Of a stretch of 18,467 nucleotides of DNA, positions 13,809 to 18,467 are shown one piece after another. How positions within the stretch are numbered: the first letter of the stretch is position 1; each line of letters begins with the position of its first letter. Both the position numbers and the translations under genes were made by a program. The DNA is taken from NCBI GenBank assembly GCA_937968065.1, contig CALBUD010000025.1, forward strand, positions 1-18,467, in the 5' to 3' direction. Origin of the DNA: Candidatus Iainarchaeum sp. (GTDB lineage Archaea > Iainarchaeota > Iainarchaeia > Iainarchaeales > CSSED10-239). Under the pieces are notes generated by a model. The model did not search any database. It saw nothing but the letters and a program-made list of their open reading frames with translations, and was not told the DNA's origin.

Positions 13809-15544
13809 ACAATTCTTTTAAATAATTTTTCTACATCTTTTAAAGAAATGAAAATTATTGTTGGTCTTCCGTGAGCGCAAACACCTTTATCTGAACATAA
13901 ACTTAACTTTTTAACTAACTCTATTTGTTCAGAAATAGAAAGTTCTTGATTTGCCTTTATAGATTCTTTACAAGATTTTAATTTTAAAAGATTGTCTTTT
14001 AATTTTTCAATCTCATTATTGTTATTTTCTAAATCATTTATTAGATTTAAAAAAATATTTTTATCAAAAACTTTATTTAAAAATAACGGAACAGTTGTTA
14101 AATAAAAATAATTATTTTTAAGAATAAAAGAAAACCCTAATTTTTCAATAATTAGTTTATTTTTTAATAAGGTTTTTTTATTACTTTCAGTTAAAATATC
14201 TAAAATAACAGGAGTTATTAAATTTTGATGTTCGATAATAGAGCTGTATTTTACACGGTTTTTCTCTAAATTTATTCTTTCATCAGCAGCGTGCTGATCT
14301 ATTAAAAGCATTCCTTTTTTAGTTTCACAAACAATAAAGGTTCGGTGTATTTGTCCAAGAAATCTAGTTATTTCATGAGAAAACAAATTAATTTCATCAA
14401 TTTTTGAAAACTGATTAAAAGTTTGTTGTGTTTTATATTCTGAAAATAAAGGTTTATTTTCTTTTAAAGAAAAATTTATTTTATTTGATTTAAAAGAAGA
14501 GTTGTATTTTGAATTGTTAGATGTATTTGGTAAAATAAAATCTTTTAATGAATTATAAGAAGAGTTAGGAAGTTCTTTACCTAGGTTTTTGTCTAAAATT
14601 TTAGATAATTCTTTTTTAAATTCAACTAAAAATAAAGTTTCATTTAATAATTTAACAACTCTTTTTTTAGGGTGTACATTAACATCTAAAGTACTAGGTT
14701 TTAAAGTAATAAATAAAATAAAAAAGGGTTTTTGTTGAATCATTAAATAATCTTTATAAGAGCTAGTTATTGCTTTATAGATTTGTGGAGAAAATATATA
14801 TCTTTTATTAATAAATAAAAAATTAGTTGGGAGATATATAGGATTTGCAGGATTTGTAATAAAACCAGTGACTGAAAAAAAATCATTTGCAACATCTATT
14901 TTAAGAGTTTTATTTTTTATTTCAAAACCGTATATTTGAACAAATCTATTATCAAAATTAGTTTTTGTAAAAGTAATATTTTTCTTTTCAGATATAAATT
15001 TAAAAGTTATTTGTGGATTTATTAATGTATGTGCTAAAAAAACATCATACAGTTTAGAAAATTCAAAACTTTTTGATTTTAAAAATTTTTTTCTTACTGG
15101 TACATTATAAAATAAGTCACTTATCTGTATTGTTGTACCTTTAATAGAAGAGGTTTCAGAAATTTTTTTATTTGATAAAACATATCCTTTACCATCATTA
15201 TTTGTAGAAGTTATAATTTTTAATTTAGAAATTGAATTAATTGAAGATAGTGCTTCTCCTCTAAAACCAAAAGAATTAAGATTGTAAAGATCATCAATAG
15301 AATTTATTTTACTTGTAGTGTATTTGTCCAAACAAATTTCTAGATCTTTTTTACTGATACCTATACCATTATCTTGAATTTCAATATATTCCATACCAGA
15401 TGATTTAACTTTTACAGTTATTTCTGTTGCGTTTGCATCTACTGAGTTTTCTATAAGTTCTTTTAAAATATCTGAAGGACCTTCAATTACTTCTCCAGCA
15501 CTTATTTGATTTATTGTTTCTTCAGATAATTTTTTAATAACCAT
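13805..15544 (-). CDS. mutL: DNA mismatch repair protein MutL (endonuclease-type)
   Basis: 579-aa ORF. GHKL ATPase motifs: INQISAGEVIE, ELIENSVDANAT, DNGIGI, GFRGEALSS, GTTI. The C-terminal domain has DQHAADERINLE (14264-14299), SCKESIKAN, CAHGRP (13862-13879) and a terminal FKR. This is the full motif set of nicking-proficient MutL. The gene starts 13 nt after the mutS stop. Confidence 0.92.
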   Translation of the reverse strand: MVIKKLSEETINQISAGEVIEGPSDILKELIENSVDANATEITVKVKSSGMEYIEIQDNGIGISKKDLEICLDKYTTSKINSIDDLYNLNSFGFRGEALSSINSISKLKIITSTNNDGKGYVLSNKKISETSSIKGTTIQISDLFYNVPVRKKFLKSKSFEFSKLYDVFLAHTLINPQITFKFISEKKNITFTKTNFDNRFVQIYGFEIKNKTLKIDVANDFFSVTGFITNPANPIYLPTNFLFINKRYIFSPQIYKAITSSYKDYLMIQQKPFFILFITLKPSTLDVNVHPKKRVVKLLNETLFLVEFKKELSKILDKNLGKELPNSSYNSLKDFILPNTSNNSKYNSSFKSNKINFSLKENKPLFSEYKTQQTFNQFSKIDEINLFSHEITRFLGQIHRTFIVCETKKGMLLIDQHAADERINLEKNRVKYSSIIEHQNLITPVILDILTESNKKTLLKNKLIIEKLGFSFILKNNYFYLTTVPLFLNKVFDKNIFLNLINDLENNNNEIEKLKDNLLKLKSCKESIKANQELSISEQIELVKKLSLCSDKGVCAHGRPTIIFISLKDVEKLFKRIV

Positions 15545-15557
15545 ATAATCACAAAAT

Positions 15558-18017
15558 TTAATTTTTATAATCTACCATTTTTTTTTGTTCTTTAGAGTTA
15601 GGTGTAATTTTTAAAAAAACCTCTTCTTCTAGTTCTTTTTGTATTTTTAAAGCATTTTCAATAAGGTTGTTTGGAAGTCCTGCTAATTTAGCTACTTGAA
15701 TACCATAACTTTTATTAATTCCACCTTCTATTAACTTATGAAAAAATAATAAATTTGTTCCTTCCTCTTTTGCAGTTACGTGAAAATTTTTAATCCCTTT
15801 AAATAAAACTTCCATTTTGTTTAATAAATGATAGTGGGTTGCAACTAATGTTTTAGAATTAATAAAATTATTTAAATATTCTATTATTGACCAAGCCAAA
15901 CTTAATCCATCATATGTGCTTGTTCCTCTTCCAACTTCATCTAAAATAACAAAACTATTTTTAGTACAATTATTTAAAATATATGCAATTTCAGACATTT
16001 CTACTAAAAAAGTACTTTGGCCATGAATAATATCATCAGAAGCACCAACTCTTGTAAATACAGCATCAATAAAACCTATTTCAGATTCTTTTGCAGGAAT
16101 AAAGCAACCGATATGTCCAAGAATAATTGCAAGGCAAACACTTCTCATATAACTGCTTTTACCAGACATGTTTGGTCCTGTAATTATCATTGTTTTTGTA
16201 TTTTCGTTTAATTTGCAATCATTTGGAATAAAAGTAACTAATTTTTCTATAATTGGATGTCTTAAGTCTTTGAAAAAAAGATTGTTAGAATTATTTAATT
16301 TAGGTTTATAAAAATTATTTTTTGAAGAGGTAATTGCATGAGATAAATATACATCTAATTCTGCAATTATATTTGCAGTTAATAAAATTTGTTCTTTATA
16401 AGTTAATATTTGTTTGCAAAGATCTAAAAAAATGTTATATTCTAATTCTATTCTTTTTTCATTAGAATTTAGAAGAATATTTTCTTTATCTGAAAGTTCT
16501 TTTGTTGTAAACCTTTCAGCATTAACCAAAGTTTGTTTTCTTTCAAAATAATCAGGTGCTTGGTTTGCTTGTAGTTTAGAAATTTCTATATAATATCCAA
16601 AAATTTTATTATATTTTACTTTTAGAGATTTTATATTAGTTTCGTTTCTTAATTTGTTTTCAAATTCTACAAGCCAAGAATTAATTGATTTATTTATGTT
16701 AATTATATTATATAATTCTTCTGAAAAATTCGGTTTTATAAATTTACCTTCTCTTACACTAAAAGGAGGTTCATCAATAATAGTTCTATCTATTAGTTTA
16801 AATAATTCATTTAAAGTAATTAAATTTTTATTTAATTTTATTAGATTATCTGAAGTTGTGTTTTTTAAAATTATCTTTAATTTAGGTAATATTGAAATAC
16901 TTTGTTTTAAACTAATTAAATCTCTAGGGTTTGCATTTCCAAACCCTATTTTACTAATTATTTTTTCAAGATCTCCAATATAAGATAATTGTAAAGAGAG
17001 TCCTTGTAATAAATGTGTGTTATTTATTAATTCTTGGACAGAATTATTAATATTAATTAATTCTTTTTTATTTAAAAGAGGGTGTAAAATATCAAAATAT
17101 AATTTTCTATAACCTAAAGGGGTTTTTGTATTATTAATTAAATAAAATAAACTGTCTTTTATAGAGTTGTTTTGTAGATTTGAAACTAGTTCTAAATGTC
17201 TAACTGTTTTACTATCTAGTTTTAAATATTCATTTAAAGAATAATCTTTAATTTTACTAATATAAGTAACTTCTGAAAATTGAGTTTCTTTTATGTATTT
17301 AAGAGCATTATAACAAGAAATTATCAATTCTGGGGTTTTAAAAATATCTAATCCAAAAGTAGTTAGTGATTTTAATTTAAAATGAGTTAATAAACTATTA
17401 TTTGATAATTCTAAATCTAAATTATCTGTGTAATTAATAATTGTATTAGGAATTGTTTTTTTAATATCTTCTATAATATTAATATCTTTTAATAAATTTT
17501 TAGTTAATAATAATTCTTTTGGTTTAATTAAAGAAAGTTCATTTAATATTGTTTGAATAGAATTAAATTTAGTTGTTTTAAAATCACCAGTAGTAATATC
17601 TATTAATGAAAATCCAAAAAAACCTTTATAAAAAGAAATAGAACACAAAAAATTATTTTCATAATTGTCATTAAAAAATGTGCTTGGTGTAATTATTCTT
17701 GTAACTGCTCTTTTAACTAATCCTTTTGCAAATTTAGGGTCTTCTATTTGTTCGCAAATAACTACTTTTTTACCAGCTTTAATTAATTTAGATATGTAAG
17801 GGTCAATAGAATGATAAGGAATTCCTGCAAGTGGTGCTTGAGTGTCTCCCTTTCCTCTTTTTGTTAAAGTTATATTTAATATATTAGATGCAATTTTAGC
17901 ATCATCGTAAAACATTTCATAAAAATCACCAGCTCTAAATAATAAAATACCTTCTGGATATTGTTTTTTAGTATCTATATATTGTTTCATCATTGGTGTG
18001 TAGTTATTTTCTTGCAT
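15558..18017 (-). CDS. mutS: DNA mismatch repair protein MutS (MutS1 type)
   Basis: Start set at the ATG at 18015-18017 (MQENNYTPMMKQYIDTKKQYP...). The upstream 29 codons of the track ORF run into tRNA-Phe. Mismatch-recognition motif GDFYE at 17916-17930. Walker A GPNMSGKS at 16155-16178. Also STFLVEMSE, DEVGRGTSTYDG and THYH. Confidence 0.92.
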   Translation of the reverse strand: MQENNYTPMMKQYIDTKKQYPEGILLFRAGDFYEMFYDDAKIASNILNITLTKRGKGDTQAPLAGIPYHSIDPYISKLIKAGKKVVICEQIEDPKFAKGLVKRAVTRIITPSTFFNDNYENNFLCSISFYKGFFGFSLIDITTGDFKTTKFNSIQTILNELSLIKPKELLLTKNLLKDINIIEDIKKTIPNTIINYTDNLDLELSNNSLLTHFKLKSLTTFGLDIFKTPELIISCYNALKYIKETQFSEVTYISKIKDYSLNEYLKLDSKTVRHLELVSNLQNNSIKDSLFYLINNTKTPLGYRKLYFDILHPLLNKKELININNSVQELINNTHLLQGLSLQLSYIGDLEKIISKIGFGNANPRDLISLKQSISILPKLKIILKNTTSDNLIKLNKNLITLNELFKLIDRTIIDEPPFSVREGKFIKPNFSEELYNIININKSINSWLVEFENKLRNETNIKSLKVKYNKIFGYYIEISKLQANQAPDYFERKQTLVNAERFTTKELSDKENILLNSNEKRIELEYNIFLDLCKQILTYKEQILLTANIIAELDVYLSHAITSSKNNFYKPKLNNSNNLFFKDLRHPIIEKLVTFIPNDCKLNENTKTMIITGPNMSGKSSYMRSVCLAIILGHIGCFIPAKESEIGFIDAVFTRVGASDDIIHGQSTFLVEMSEIAYILNNCTKNSFVILDEVGRGTSTYDGLSLAWSIIEYLNNFINSKTLVATHYHLLNKMEVLFKGIKNFHVTAKEEGTNLLFFHKLIEGGINKSYGIQVAKLAGLPNNLIENALKIQKELEEEVFLKITPNSKEQKKMVDYKN

Positions 18018-18079
18018 AATATAATATATAATAGAAAACTTATTTAAAAATGAGTTTATTTTATTTTTAAAAAGATAAG

Positions 18080-18153
18080 TGGCTCCGGTGGGATTTGAAC
18101 CCACGACACATAGGTCTTCAGCCTATTGCTCTCCCAGGCTGAGCTACGGAACC
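18080..18153 (-). tRNA. tRNA-Phe (anticodon GAA)
   Basis: Hand-folded cloverleaf on the - strand: GGTTCCG TA GCTC AGCCTGGGA GAGC A ATAGG CTGAAGA CCTAT GTGTC GTGGG TTCAAAT CCCAC CGGAGCC A. All stems pair, with U3-G70 as a wobble. G37 is present. CCA is not encoded. 74 nt. Confidence 0.93.
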
Positions 18154-18168
18154 AATATTTTTTTAACG

Positions 18169-18243
18169 TGAGCTCGGTGGGATTTGAACCCACGACACCT
18201 GGATTAAGAGTCCAGTGCTCTAACCGAACTGAGCTACGAGCCC
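18169..18243 (-). tRNA. tRNA-Lys (anticodon CUU)
   Basis: Hand-folded on the - strand: GGGCTCG TA GCTC AGTTCGGTTA GAGC A CTGGA CTCTTAA TCCAG GTGTC GTGGG TTCAAAT CCCAC CGAGCTC A. 75 nt, no encoded CCA. Confidence 0.93.
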
Positions 18244-18272
18244 AATTTCTTAAAAAAATATTAAAATTAATG

Positions 18273-18346
18273 TGAATCCGGTGGGATTTGAACCCACGAC
18301 ACCTGGATTAAAAGTCCAGTGCTCTGCCAGACTGAGCTACGGATCC
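18273..18346 (-). tRNA. tRNA-Lys (anticodon UUU)
   Basis: Hand-folded on the - strand: GGATCCG TA GCTC AGTCTGGCA GAGC A CTGGA CTTTTAA TCCAG GTGTC GTGGG TTCAAAT CCCAC CGGATTC A. 74 nt, no encoded CCA. Confidence 0.93.
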
Positions 18347-18371
18347 TCAATATCTTTTATATTATAAGAAA

Positions 18372-18380
18372 TATATAAAA
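18372..18380 (-). promoter_or_regulatory. Candidate archaeal TATA box for the tRNA cluster
   Basis: The - strand reads TTTTATATA, centred about 30 nt upstream of the mature 5-prime end of tRNA-Lys(UUU) at 18346. This is the expected TATA position. Specificity is low because the whole region is AT-rich. Confidence 0.3.
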
Positions 18381-18385
18381 AGACA

Positions 18386-18410
18386 TTTACTATATAATAT
18401 ATATAGTAAA
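18386..18410. repeat. 25-nt palindrome TTTACTATATA-ATA-TATATAGTAAA upstream of the tRNA cluster
   Basis: Perfect 11-bp inverted repeat arms (18386-18396 and 18400-18410) separated by 3 nt. The arms are flanked by direct ACATTTA copies at 18383-18389 and 18410-18416. Confidence 0.5.
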
Positions 18411-18467
18411 CATTTATAAATAATTTCTATTTTGTTTCTTAATAAAAATATAATTAAAAAAGATAAA

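Noticed and set aside
16017-16983. Two + strand ORFs (16017-16211, 16654-16983) inside mutS
   Set aside because: They are antisense to the highly conserved MutS ATPase and clamp regions and have no independent features.
13805-18080. mutS-mutL as a genomic island integrated next to tRNA-Phe
   Set aside because: There is no integrase and no duplicated tRNA 3-prime fragment (att-like repeat of GGTGGGATTTGAACC) anywhere else in the window. By eye there is no compositional break relative to the neighbours.
18018-18104. N-terminal 29-codon extension of the mutS ORF (MGSNPTGATYLF...) given in the ORF track
   Set aside because: The extension overlaps tRNA-Phe (18080-18153); GSNPTG is just the translated T-arm. 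The conserved MutS N-terminus begins at the ATG at 18015-18017 (MQENNYTPMMKQY).
18086-18302. Three evenly spaced copies of a 24-nt repeat, superficially like a mini CRISPR array
   Set aside because: The repeats are the T-arm/acceptor segments of three cloverleaf-foldable tRNA genes. The apparent spacers are the remaining tRNA bodies.
1-18467. Alternative genetic code (for example, TGA reassignment), considered given the extreme AT bias
   Set aside because: The standard-code ORFs are long and contiguous, and they have conserved domain ends. All terminate at TAA with no need for read-through, so there is no evidence for recoding.

Overview
Very AT-rich, extremely gene-dense chromosomal segment with 15 protein-coding genes and 3 tRNA genes. 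Most spacers are under 100 nt, several stops abut or overlap, and every CDS ends in TAA. The gene content and tRNA features look archaeal, most consistent with a small-genome DPANN-type lineage. Evidence for this: Elp3 (radical-SAM/GNAT), Taw3/TYW3, a DUF373-like membrane protein, a PRC-barrel protein, an NFACT-N protein, tRNAs with a TTCAAAT T-loop and no encoded CCA, and SD-like motifs matching the archaeal GGAGGTGA consensus. Housekeeping calls I am confident in are mutS-mutL (canonical MutS1 plus endonuclease-type MutL), elp3, taw3, an SPFH/stomatin-like protein, and a Lys(UUU)-Lys(CUU)-Phe(GAA) tRNA cluster. I saw no rRNA, CRISPR array, transposase, integrase or obvious mobile element. 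The best candidate for an undescribed system is the tightly coupled + strand cluster directly after elp3 (8408-13808). It encodes a small winged-helix protein, a 116-aa alpha/beta protein with two Gly-rich S-x-G-x-G-K loops (possibly a minimal CARF-like or nucleotide-binding sensor), a 1160-aa coiled-coil surface protein with both a lipobox and a C-terminal TM anchor, and a 388-aa Ig-like surface protein. Secondary points of interest are bacterial-type MMR genes in an archaeal context fused to the tRNA cluster, a truncated NFACT-N-only protein next to a membrane-anchored transglutaminase-like protein, and a DUF373/PRC-barrel/SPFH membrane neighbourhood. All family assignments rest on motif recognition by eye. 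No searches or computations were run.
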